Source of the DNA: Alphaproteobacteria bacterium
GTDB taxonomy: Bacteria > Pseudomonadota > Alphaproteobacteria > MPNO01 > UBA830
Assembly (NCBI GenBank): GCA_038131485.1
Contig: JAYPPO010000001.1
Span: 150,053 to 214,052 of the forward strand
DNA: 64,000 nucleotides
Direction: 5' to 3'
The notes beneath the pieces were generated by a model, which had not been told where the DNA came from, made no database searches, and worked only from the letters and a program-made list of their open reading frames with translations. Within the stretch, counting starts at the first letter, position 1. Each line of letters starts with the position of its first letter. This document shows positions 55,600 through 64,000 of the stretch, one piece after another. A program made the position numbers and the translations under genes.

Positions 55600-57924
55600 A
55601 TGGCGGACATCGTCGGCGCCCGTGTCAAAAGGATCGAGGATCCCGACCTGCTGCGCGGGCGCGGCGTGTTCGTCGACGACATCCACCTCGCCGCCGGGCT
55701 CCATGCCGCGTTCGTCCGTAGCCCGCATCCGCACGCCGACATCCACGGAATCGATGCAGCTGCAGCCCGCGCGGCGCTGGGCGTGCATGCCGTTTTCACG
55801 CTCGACGATTTCCGGCCTCATCTGACCGGTCCGCGCCTGCCGCTGGAATTTCCCAATAAAGCTCTATCGGACAAAGTGACGCCCTATCTGCTGGCGTCAT
55901 CCGAGGTGTGTTATGTCGGCGAGCCGGTTGCGATGGTAATTGCTGACAGCCGCTATCTTGCGGAGGACGCAGCGATGCTGGTCGAGGTTGACTACGACCC
56001 GCTGCCGTCGGTGGCGGGATGTGCGGCGACCTACGCTGCGGGTTCACCGGCTGTTCATTCGGGGGACACGGATAACATCCTCGCCGAGATCGAGCAGGCC
56101 TATGGTGACGTGGAGGCGGCCTTCGCCGCCGCGCATTCGGTCTATTCAGACCGCTTTCTGCAGCATCGCGGCGGCGCGCACCCGATCGAGGGACGTGGCG
56201 CAGTTGCACGCTACGATGCCATGGATGACCGACTGACGGTTTGGTCGTCGACCCAAATGTCGCATGAGGTCCGCTCCGCGGTCGTTCAGATGTTAAATAT
56301 AGACGAGGGCCGCATCCGCGTCGTTGCACCCGAGGTCGGCGGAGGGTTTGGCTCCAAATACATCGCCTATGCTGAGGAGGTCGCCGTCGCGCTTGCCGCG
56401 AAACTGCTCGACAGACCGGTGAAATGGGTCGAAGACCGGCGCGAACACTTCATTGCCGCCATTCAGGAGCGAGAACAGGACTGGCGAATGGAGATCGCCG
56501 TCGATGCCGACGGCCATGTGTTGGGCGTTCGAGGCGAGATGATCCACGATCAGGGCGCCTACACGCCGCAGGGCATCAACATGCCCTACAACGCATCTAC
56601 TGCCGTGCCCGGTCCCTATGTGGTACCGGCCTATGCAATCAAGGTGCACGTGGTGGAAACCAACGCGGTCCCGACGGCACCAGTGAGGGGCGCAGGCTAC
56701 CCAGAAGGCAACTACGCGATGGAGCGGCTACTTGACAGGGCTGCACAGGGGCTAGGCATGGACCGTGCCGAGATTCGCCGGCGCAACCTGATCCCGGCGG
56801 ACGAGATGCCCTATACGACGCCCCTGCTGACGCGCGCTGGCACGCCGGTCGAGGCCGACAGCGGCGATTTCCCTGAATGCCAACGCATAGCGATGGACGC
56901 TGTGGACTACGCCGGGTTCCCGGCGCGACAAGCGGCGGCTCGGGCTGAGGGCCGCTATATTGGCATCGGTGTTGCCAACAGCCTGAAGGGAACCGGGCGA
57001 GGGCCGTTCGAATCGGGTTCTGTCCGGATCGAGCGCTCCGGCAAGGTTCGCGTGTTTACTGGCGCGCTTGCCATGGGGCAGGGGCTCAAGACGATGCTGG
57101 CGCAGGTGACAGCGGAACAGCTTGGCGTGGGTCTCGACGAGATCGAGGTCGTCGCAGGCGATACCGGCACCATCGCGCTCGGTCTTGGCGGTTTTGCGAG
57201 CCGCCAAACGGTGACGGCCGGCTCGTCCGTACACTATGCTGCATCCGAAGTCCGAACGAAGGTGCTCAAGCTCGCCGCGCACCTGATGGAAGCGGCTGAA
57301 GAAGATCTTGAAATCGTGGACGGCATGATCCGGGTCCGCGGCGCTGACGTGACGATCCCTATGAAGGCCGTTGCCGAGGCGGCATCCGGCGCGCCGGGCT
57401 ACTCGATGCCAGAGGGAATAGATCCGGGGCTGGAAGCGAACGTTAATTTCAAGCCACCGGCGCTGACTTATTCGAACGGCACGCATGTGGTCGAGGCGGA
57501 GGTCGATATTGGGACCGGCTCGGTCGCCTTTCTGCGTTACGTTGTCGTGAGCGACTGCGGCACGCTGATCAACCCGATGATCGTCGACGGCCAAATCGCC
57601 GGCGGAGTCGCACACGGCATCGGTAATGCTTTGTTCGAATGGATGGGCTATGATGAGCGAGGCCAGCCGCTGACCACGAATTTCGGCGAATATCTGATCC
57701 CCAGTGCGCCGGAAATCCCTGATTTCGAGCTGCACTACATGCAGTCGCCGACGCCCTTGAACCCGCTGGGCGTGAAAGGCGTGGGCGAAACAGGCACCGT
57801 GCCGGCCGCTGCCGCGGTGGTCGCCGCGGTTGAGGACGCGCTGTCGCCGTTTGGTGCGAGGATTTCTGATTACCCGGTCAGTCCGGCGAAGATCGTGGAA
57901 ATCGTCCAGAGCGCTCTTGTCTGA
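55600..57924 (+). CDS. Xanthine dehydrogenase/CoxL-family molybdopterin-binding subunit (no small or medium subunit genes adjacent)
   Basis: ATG 55600 (MADIVGARVKRIEDPDLLRGRG, the typical family N-terminus). The track's 54811 start is an alternate-frame run through fahA. 774 aa. Confidence 0.85.
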   Translation: MADIVGARVKRIEDPDLLRGRGVFVDDIHLAAGLHAAFVRSPHPHADIHGIDAAAARAALGVHAVFTLDDFRPHLTGPRLPLEFPNKALSDKVTPYLLASSEVCYVGEPVAMVIADSRYLAEDAAMLVEVDYDPLPSVAGCAATYAAGSPAVHSGDTDNILAEIEQAYGDVEAAFAAAHSVYSDRFLQHRGGAHPIEGRGAVARYDAMDDRLTVWSSTQMSHEVRSAVVQMLNIDEGRIRVVAPEVGGGFGSKYIAYAEEVAVALAAKLLDRPVKWVEDRREHFIAAIQEREQDWRMEIAVDADGHVLGVRGEMIHDQGAYTPQGINMPYNASTAVPGPYVVPAYAIKVHVVETNAVPTAPVRGAGYPEGNYAMERLLDRAAQGLGMDRAEIRRRNLIPADEMPYTTPLLTRAGTPVEADSGDFPECQRIAMDAVDYAGFPARQAAARAEGRYIGIGVANSLKGTGRGPFESGSVRIERSGKVRVFTGALAMGQGLKTMLAQVTAEQLGVGLDEIEVVAGDTGTIALGLGGFASRQTVTAGSSVHYAASEVRTKVLKLAAHLMEAAEEDLEIVDGMIRVRGADVTIPMKAVAEAASGAPGYSMPEGIDPGLEANVNFKPPALTYSNGTHVVEAEVDIGTGSVAFLRYVVVSDCGTLINPMIVDGQIAGGVAHGIGNALFEWMGYDERGQPLTTNFGEYLIPSAPEIPDFELHYMQSPTPLNPLGVKGVGETGTVPAAAAVVAAVEDALSPFGARISDYPVSPAKIVEIVQSALV

Positions 57925-58164
57925 ATGAATGGCCGCTTTCTTGCTACCCTTCGCGATTGCCGTCCGGAGACGGATCTATGCGCCGAAAACCAGCTTAGAT
58001 TTACTAGTGCCTAAGACGGGCGTCGCATTGTCGATCGAGGCCTTAAAAAACTAATGACTCTTTGAGCCCGACACCGGACCCAGGCACAGCTAGCGCTTCT
58101 TGGGTTCGGCGGAGAAGGCCGGGTCGGCCGACCCGTCGATTCTGCATGGCGCAGCGGCGCCCCA

Positions 58165-58632
58165 TTAGTTGTCCAGTCTAACCAGCTGGCCCATGTCGGC
58201 GCAGTCCTCATCGGTCTTGAGGCCGGCGGCATGGATCCCATGGGCAGCCATGTCCTCGTCAACGTTCTGACGGTCGCCGGTGACGCCGACCGCGCCAATC
58301 ACCTCTCCCGCGCTATTGCGGATCAGGCGGCCGCCGCCTTCGCAGAATATTTGGTGGTTAGAAGCCTGGTGTAGGTAATCCATAAACATCGGGCGTTCGT
58401 CGGCCCGCACTTGAACGAGGCTCGACGACCGGCCGAGGGCCAGCGCGGCGTACGTCTTGCCCAGCGCCATTTCGAGGCGTAGCGCCGAGGCATGGTCTTC
58501 CTTCTTAAACGCTTTGACAACGTTGCCCGGCTCGACGACGACGGCGGTCATCGGCCTGAGGTTCAACTCCCGGCTCTTTTCGAATATTGCGTCGATGATC
58601 TTGTCGGCCTGCGCTAGGCTGATGATATTCAC
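58165..58632 (-). CDS. GlcG/HbpS-like (DUF336) heme-binding protein
   Basis: 155 aa; ...GKTYAALALGRSS... and GGG.LIR...GEVIGAVGVTG family pattern. Confidence 0.8.
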   Translation of the reverse strand: MNIISLAQADKIIDAIFEKSRELNLRPMTAVVVEPGNVVKAFKKEDHASALRLEMALGKTYAALALGRSSSLVQVRADERPMFMDYLHQASNHQIFCEGGGRLIRNSAGEVIGAVGVTGDRQNVDEDMAAHGIHAAGLKTDEDCADMGQLVRLDN

Positions 58633-58912
58633 GTGATGGCTCCCTGAGTTGAATTTCGTCTCCCTTTATGGGACAGACAAAACCATAGCGCTAGACGCGA
58701 GAAGAAGCGCTTTTAAATGACCCGTCTCTGTGCGGGCCCGGACTATAATTTTCGCCCCCGAAGATCGCGCCGACGCCGAAAGCCTGTTGTGCCCAGGCGC
58801 ATGTGTTCGGTCCGCTCGACCTGTTGGATCAGTTTTTGGGCTGGTGCGACGACGACGAGACGCGCCACCGAATACTTGTCGCGAACATCGCAAGGCTTTA
58901 CGACTTTCCGGC

Positions 58913-59428
58913 ATGAGCGAACGCGAAGTATGGTCCAAATTAATCTTCGACAAGTTGGTCGAGGCCGAAGTCAGCCTATTCACCTATGTGCCTGATTTCG
59001 GCAATGCCGCGATCGTCGAGATGGCGGAGGAGCACAACAGCACGCGCACCGTCCTGCTTGCGAGCGAGGAAGAAGGCGTGGCGCTGTGCGCCGGTGCCGA
59101 TTTGGTGGGCGCGCGCGGTGTGCTGCTGATGCAGTCGTCTGGTGTCGGCAATTGCCCGAACATGCTGTCACTGGTCCAGGGCGGCAGATTTCCCATGCTT
59201 ATGATCGTCACCATGCGGGGCGACTACGGCGAGCAAAACCCGTGGCAGTATCCGATGGGACAGGCGGTGGTGCCGGTGCTTAAGGCGATGGGCATCCTGT
59301 GCATAGAGGTCGAAAGAGAGAACGAGCTCGAACAAGCGGTTGACGCCGCACTGTCGGCATCGTTCAAGGCGGGCAACGGAGTCGCGCTGATCCTGACCCA
59401 GAAATTTCTTGGCGCGAAAGCCTTCTGA
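58913..59428 (+). CDS. Thiamine-diphosphate enzyme, N-terminal half (sulfopyruvate decarboxylase alpha-like), second copy
   Basis: ATG 58913 (MSEREVWSKLIFDKL...). EEEGVALCAGA...LLMQSSGVGN pattern. Followed 5 nt later by the beta-like half. Confidence 0.75.
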   Translation: MSEREVWSKLIFDKLVEAEVSLFTYVPDFGNAAIVEMAEEHNSTRTVLLASEEEGVALCAGADLVGARGVLLMQSSGVGNCPNMLSLVQGGRFPMLMIVTMRGDYGEQNPWQYPMGQAVVPVLKAMGILCIEVERENELEQAVDAALSASFKAGNGVALILTQKFLGAKAF

Positions 59429-59433
59429 GGGCA

Positions 59434-60030
59434 ATGGAGATGGACGCGACAATCGACCGCAGGGACCTGATGCCCCAGCTGTTCCCAAAGCCTGAGAGGT
59501 ATCTTCTGGTGACCGGCCTGGCCGGGGCGGCCAAGGACATGGCGGCCTATACGAAGGAAGCGGACAATCTCATCACCCTCGGCGGTGCAATGGGCGGTGC
59601 GGTGCCGATGGCGCTCGGCGTGGCCCTGTCGGCGTCGGATGAGAGCGTCGTCTGCGTCACCGGCGACGGAGAATTGATGATGAGCCTCGGGGCGCTGGCG
59701 ACGGTCGCCAGCGTGATGCCGAAGAACCTGTCAATCGTCTGCGTCGACAACGGACAGCACGGTGAGACCGGTGGTCAGGCGGGGCACACGTCGCGGCGTA
59801 CCGATCTCGCGAAGGTCGCCGATGGCGCCGGCATTCCCTCGGTAATGACGGTGACTAAGGAAAGCGAGTACGAGGCGGCCCGCGCATTCCTCGAAGAGGC
59901 GCCCGGTCCCCGGTTCCTGCTGGCCCGCGTGATGCCCGGCGCGCCAACTAAATACAACCGGAACTGGAATTTAGCGGAAACCCGTCTAATATTCCGAAAC
60001 GCCTATCTCGCTACGCGGAAGGGCGTATGA
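59434..60030 (+). CDS. Thiamine-diphosphate enzyme, C-terminal half (sulfopyruvate decarboxylase beta-like), second copy
   Basis: TPP-binding motif GDGELMMSLGALATV...VDNGQHGETG. Confidence 0.75.
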   Translation: MEMDATIDRRDLMPQLFPKPERYLLVTGLAGAAKDMAAYTKEADNLITLGGAMGGAVPMALGVALSASDESVVCVTGDGELMMSLGALATVASVMPKNLSIVCVDNGQHGETGGQAGHTSRRTDLAKVADGAGIPSVMTVTKESEYEAARAFLEEAPGPRFLLARVMPGAPTKYNRNWNLAETRLIFRNAYLATRKGV

Positions 60031-60094
60031 TCCGCCGCCTGCCACCTATTTGATCGCGGGGACGATAGCGTCACTTTAGGGCCACCCCCCTCGC

Positions 60095-61159
60095 TTAATC
60101 GAGCTTGAGCAGCGACTTCGCGTTGCCGCCCCAAATCGCCGCCTTGTCGCCCGCGTCCAGCGTGTCGACTAGATCAACTAGCTCGACAGGGTTGTAGTCG
60201 CCCATGTCGTACGGGTAGTCGGTTCCCATTACGAGCTTTTCGGTGCCGTACTGCTCGATCAAGTATTTGAGCTGATGCGGCGTAAAGACGACGGTGTCGA
60301 GCCACATCTTCTTGAGATAATTTGTCGGCGGCTGGGTGACGAACTGGCGGCCGTCCTCGCGCGCACCCCAAACGTGGTCGATACGTCCGGAATAGGCTGG
60401 CAGGTACCCGCCGCCGTGTGCGAGCAGGATCCGCAGGTTCGGGTATCGTTCCATGATGCCGTCGAATATCAGCCGGTGAACGGCAATGGTCGTCTCGAGC
60501 GGGTTGCCGATCACGTTGTTGAAATAGTGGTCCTTGAACCGCTCGGCTGAGGTGAAGCCGTTCGGGTGGATAAAGATCAGCGTATCTAACTCCTGCGCCT
60601 TCGCCCAGAACACATCGAGGCGCGGATCGGATATCTCCGAGCCATTGACATTCGTGAGGATCTGGAAGCCCTTAAGGCCGAGCTTGGTAACGCCGCGTTC
60701 CAGTTCCTCGACTGCCATCGAGGCGTCCTGCAGCGGGATCGTGCCGAAGGCGACGAAGCGGTCGGGCATGTCATCGACGATCTCTGCGAGCCCGTCATTA
60801 ACGAGCTGTGCGGACTTCATGCCGATTTCCGCCGGCAGCCAATAATATGCCTGGAAGGGCGGAGGGATAATGGTCTGCAAGTCGATCCCCATCTTGTCCA
60901 TGTCGATCAGCCGATGGTCGACAGTCGTTAGATGAGGCATGCGATCAACGTTCTGCTGCATATTGATTTCGCGCGTCATCTGGTTCGCGAACAGGACGGC
61001 GGGCTCCATATCCGGCGTGAAATGCGGCTCCGCGACGTCAGCGGCGGCCGGAATGTGGACATGGCAGTGAATGTCCACGGTGAAAGCGTCGGGTTTCTTC
61101 GGCGCGGTGCCGGGTTGGGGTCGGGCGGATGTGTATACGTAGGGCTGTGCGCCGGCCAT
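60095..61159 (-). CDS. Amidohydrolase-2 family protein (ACMSD-like decarboxylase/hydratase)
   Basis: Start at ATG 61159 behind AGAGGAAA. VDIHCHVH metal motif, IHPNGF, LAHGGG, MGTDYPYD. Confidence 0.85.
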   Translation of the reverse strand: MAGAQPYVYTSARPQPGTAPKKPDAFTVDIHCHVHIPAAADVAEPHFTPDMEPAVLFANQMTREINMQQNVDRMPHLTTVDHRLIDMDKMGIDLQTIIPPPFQAYYWLPAEIGMKSAQLVNDGLAEIVDDMPDRFVAFGTIPLQDASMAVEELERGVTKLGLKGFQILTNVNGSEISDPRLDVFWAKAQELDTLIFIHPNGFTSAERFKDHYFNNVIGNPLETTIAVHRLIFDGIMERYPNLRILLAHGGGYLPAYSGRIDHVWGAREDGRQFVTQPPTNYLKKMWLDTVVFTPHQLKYLIEQYGTEKLVMGTDYPYDMGDYNPVELVDLVDTLDAGDKAAIWGGNAKSLLKLD

Positions 61160-61193
61160 CGGAAGTTTCCTCTTCGTTTTGGTGTCGGGCTGG

Positions 61194-62264
61194 TTAGCGG
61201 AGGCGCTCCACGCCGAGGTCGTCGGCGAGTACGTCAAGATTTTTGAGCAGCGCGGCGTGCACTGGTACGCCGTTCGCCTCGTAGTCTTCGAGCTTCGCTG
61301 CGCGGCCGTCGCCCGGCACCCGGACGGCATCGTAGCCAGGCAGCGGCGTGGCGCTGCGCATCGTGCGGGAGACCGCGTCGACGCGTTTGCCGAAATCGGC
61401 TGGGTCGCTGAACCGGGCTGGATCGACAACGATGATGAAATGGCCGTTGTTGACCGGCGTTGACTGATAGGCTTCGTCGCCCATTCCCTCGACATCGACC
61501 CCCATCTGCGCGCCCGACAAAGTTGCAGCAAGAAGTCCGACGACGAGCGACAATGCATAGCCCTTGTGCTCGCCGATGGGGCTCAGCGTCCCTTCTGAAA
61601 TGCGGGTGGAGTCGGTGAGCGGCTTGCCGTCGCGGTCAAACATCCAGCCTACCGGCAGCTCCTCGCCGCGTTGAGCGGCCGTGCGCACCCTGCCGAATGA
61701 GGCGGTCGTCGTCGCGATGTCCATTACGACCGGCGGTTCCTCGCTGGCGGGGATCGCGGCAGCGATCGGGTTGGTACCGAGCAGCAGATCGGCGCTACCC
61801 CAAGGTGCCATGTGATTGGCGCTGCCGTTAGTGCCGTAGAGAGCGATCATGCCTTGGTCGGCTGCCATTGAGACATAGGTCGCTGCGGCGCCTGCGTGGT
61901 TGGAGTGTCGCGCACCGACCCAGGCGCAGCCGGCTTCCGCCGCTTTGTCGATCGCGAGGTTGGTAGCGAATTGCATCACGAGATGACCCATCGCGTTGTC
62001 GCCGTCGACGACCGCTGTTGCGGCCGATTCCTGAAGTGCCCGGATGTTCGGCGTGACGTTGATGCCGCCAGAGCGGATGCGTTTTACGTATTGTGAGAGC
62101 CGAAAAATGCCGTGCGTATGGAAGCCGGCGAGATCCGACGCCACCATAAGCCGTCCGCAATCCGCGGCGTCGGTTTCGGAGAAACCAAGATGCAAGAGCG
62201 TCTGGGAAATGAAGCCGGCGATGGCGTCGGCGGAAAAACGCTGTTCGGCAAGGGTGTCGGGCAT
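61194..62264 (-). CDS. Ldh_2 family (malate/L-lactate/ureidoglycolate dehydrogenase-type) oxidoreductase
   Basis: 356 aa; FHTHGIFRLSQYV, ARHSNHAGAAA and GEHKGYALS blocks. Confidence 0.85.
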   Translation of the reverse strand: MPDTLAEQRFSADAIAGFISQTLLHLGFSETDAADCGRLMVASDLAGFHTHGIFRLSQYVKRIRSGGINVTPNIRALQESAATAVVDGDNAMGHLVMQFATNLAIDKAAEAGCAWVGARHSNHAGAAATYVSMAADQGMIALYGTNGSANHMAPWGSADLLLGTNPIAAAIPASEEPPVVMDIATTTASFGRVRTAAQRGEELPVGWMFDRDGKPLTDSTRISEGTLSPIGEHKGYALSLVVGLLAATLSGAQMGVDVEGMGDEAYQSTPVNNGHFIIVVDPARFSDPADFGKRVDAVSRTMRSATPLPGYDAVRVPGDGRAAKLEDYEANGVPVHAALLKNLDVLADDLGVERLR

Positions 62265-62362
62265 GTGCGTCAGAATACCGTTCGGGGATGGGACAGCAAG
62301 CGGCTGCGAGATTAGCGGTTTTGACCCGCGTTAGGCGAGTCGGTGGTCGCGGCCCGCCGGCC

Positions 62363-63517
62363 CTAGGTCTCGCCCCACACGTCCGTGGCAACGTCAACGA
62401 TCCGCGCGAGCTTGGTTTCCTCATCGGCCTCCGACAGTGGATTCCCCTTCACCGAGCTGGCGAAGCCGCACTGGGTTGTGAGGCCGAGGCGTTCAAGGGG
62501 CGCGTGTCTCGCCGCCTCGTCGATGCGGCGCTTGATGAAGTCAGCGTCTTCCAGCACCGGCGTCTTGGTCGAAACGATACCGAGTAGCGCAACCTTTCCC
62601 TCGGGCACGAGGCGCAGCGGCTCGAACGAGCCGGCGCGCTCGGTGTCGTATTCGAGGTGATAGCAGTCGACGTCGATGGCGTTGAACAGCACGTCGGCGA
62701 CTAGGTCGTACCCGCCTTCCGCCGCCCAGAACCCCTCGCGATTGCCGCGGCACTGGTGCATGCCGACTGTAACGCCTTCGGGCAGCGCATTGAGCACGTC
62801 GTTGATGCGTTTCGCGTACTCGGCGAGGAGCGCGTTGGCGTTCGTTCCCCAGCCCGCAAATACGGGCGCGTAGTCCGGGTCGCAAAGGAACGGCAGCGCC
62901 ACGTCGTCGAGTTGGATATGGGTACAGCCCGCGTCGGCCAGCGCCTTGAGCTCTGCCCGGTAGGCCGCGGTGAGGTCCGTCCAGAACGCTTCCTCGTCGC
63001 CAGCGTAGGGTGTGCTCGCCAGCGCTCCCGGCCCGCCCATAAAGGAATGGACGACCGGCGGAGCGGGCAGGGTGACCTTGCCGACGGCGTCTCCAGAGTT
63101 CTCGTTCAGGAATTTGAAGGCGTCTACGATCGGGCTCTCGCGCCATGAAATCCTGCCGTCGACGAAGACGGTCGAGAACGCCTGCTGGAAGCCCTTCTCA
63201 TTCTTCCAGCCGAACGGTGAAGAAGTGTCTTGTCGGTTTGCCGAGAACCCATCCCAGTTCATGATCAGCTCTAGCCACCAGCTGCGCCGCCGCATCTCGC
63301 CGTCGGTAGCGCCCTTGAGCCCGACGCGCGCCTGCATGGCGATCGCCTCGCGGATGCAGTCGTCCTCCACCGCCGCGAGATTTATGTCGCCGTGTGGGCC
63401 GAGATTGCTCTCCGCCGTGTCCTCACCTAGCCGAGCGACCCGCGCGTCTTTTAGCCGCTGGGGACGAAGCAGGCTTCCGACATGATCGGCGCGAAACGGA
63501 GGCTTGGTGCCACGCAT
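62363..63517 (-). CDS. Cobalamin-independent methionine synthase II (MetE C-terminal-like) family protein, intact paralog
   Basis: Start at ATG 63517 (MRGTKPPFRADHVGSLLRP). HQCRGN, TKTPVLED and QCGFAS zinc-site blocks are in one frame; 384 aa. Confidence 0.8.
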   Translation of the reverse strand: MRGTKPPFRADHVGSLLRPQRLKDARVARLGEDTAESNLGPHGDINLAAVEDDCIREAIAMQARVGLKGATDGEMRRRSWWLELIMNWDGFSANRQDTSSPFGWKNEKGFQQAFSTVFVDGRISWRESPIVDAFKFLNENSGDAVGKVTLPAPPVVHSFMGGPGALASTPYAGDEEAFWTDLTAAYRAELKALADAGCTHIQLDDVALPFLCDPDYAPVFAGWGTNANALLAEYAKRINDVLNALPEGVTVGMHQCRGNREGFWAAEGGYDLVADVLFNAIDVDCYHLEYDTERAGSFEPLRLVPEGKVALLGIVSTKTPVLEDADFIKRRIDEAARHAPLERLGLTTQCGFASSVKGNPLSEADEETKLARIVDVATDVWGET

Positions 63518-63616
63518 AAGACAATCTTCTCTATTTTGTTGGTTACTATTGAGGCCAAACACAATAGCGCCTTCTACGGCTTGCGTGTAGGCTAAGACGA
63601 CATTGGTCTTCAGCAC

Positions 63617-63685
63617 GCGGGCGTGGTGAAATTGGTAGACACAAGGGACTTAAAATCCCTCGGCTTAGGCCTTGCCGGTTCGAGT
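63617..63685 (+). tRNA. tRNA-Leu (anticodon UAA), 3'-truncated: ends in the T-loop, with the 3' T-stem and acceptor strand missing
   Basis: GCGGGCG-TG-GTG-AAATTGGTAGA-CAC-A-AGGGA-CTTAAAA-TCCCT-variable arm-GCCGG-TTCGAGT is then followed by GATAGGCC instead of CCGGC+CGCCCGC. No CGCCCGC occurs downstream in the window. Confidence 0.75.
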
Positions 63686-64000
63686 GATAGGCCTTCGATA
63701 GATTCGAAATATCGTATAAAAAACAATATATTAAAAAAATACCCAGTTTTTTTCTATCCTCTATACTGATCGGTCAGAAGGCTATTTTTTTTCCGGTGAT
63801 ACTTCTGTGATACTTTTTTCGTGGGCATATCTGAAATTTAGCAAGTCTGGGCGATGCTTCTGCAATTGCGGTGATTCGGTTTGAGCAGGTTCTGGTCTTT
63901 TTTTTAGATTAAGATACGAAATAAGCAGTAAAACATACAAATTTATAGGTTCATTCATCATATTTGATGATAAGCCCCGCATTTTGGCTATATTTTTAAC
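63686..64000. mobile_element. Edge of AT-rich, compositionally foreign DNA (putative integrated element / genomic island) abutting the broken tRNA-Leu
   Basis: The composition switches abruptly from GC-rich to AT-rich (poly-A/T runs, about one third GC by eye) exactly at the tRNA break. Only 315 bp are visible and no integrase is seen. Confidence 0.5.

Noticed and set aside
58120-58135. Perfect 16-bp palindrome CGGGTCGGCCGACCCG downstream of the GlcG-like gene
   Set aside because: It could be a terminator stem, but it has no U-tract on either strand and no second copy. Evidence is insufficient to call it.
63782-63982. 66-aa minus-strand ORF in the AT-rich terminal segment
   Set aside because: No RBS or family is recognisable, and ORFs of this size are expected by chance. 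It may be real cargo of the putative island but cannot be supported from 315 bp.

Overview
GC-rich, alphaproteobacterium-like chromosomal segment (taxon not verifiable here). After discarding the antisense and alternate-frame ORFs typical of high-GC DNA, about 66 genes remain. All product calls rest on motifs I recognised by eye; no database search was possible.

Content in order:
1. A zinc module: zur-znuCB divergent from znuA.
2. A very large aromatic/alicyclic catabolic supercluster rich in cofactor-independent or unusual decarboxylases. It holds 3 amidohydrolase-2 enzymes, UbiD, 2 tandem 4,5-dihydroxyphthalate-decarboxylase-like genes, 2 class II aldolase/adducin-like genes, 2 split TPP enzyme pairs and several CMD/AhpD-fold proteins. 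It also holds ring-cleavage dioxygenases (LigAB-type, 3 VOC-type, HmgA), 4 FAH-family hydrolases, 2 Rieske oxygenases, FAD and luciferase-like monooxygenases, and a soluble 'catabolic-type' reductive-dehalogenase homolog.
3. Interspersed housekeeping genes: recQ, an ABC-F ATPase and prfC.
4. A selenocysteine locus, the most interesting part. selA-selB and tRNA-Sec (selC) sit next to two genes that the ORF track splits at in-frame TGA codons. One is an AhpD-fold protein with C-x-x-U and the other an AhpC/TSA-redoxin-like protein with U-x-x-C. Each has a hairpin after the UGA.

Other notable points:
- A multiply frameshifted MetE-like pseudogene has an intact paralog 32 kb away.
- A conserved REP-like hairpin element occurs twice.
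- An EamA transporter has N-terminal coding sequence but no canonical start codon.
- A tRNA-Leu gene is broken in its T-loop exactly where the sequence switches to AT-rich, presumably foreign, DNA at the right edge of the window.
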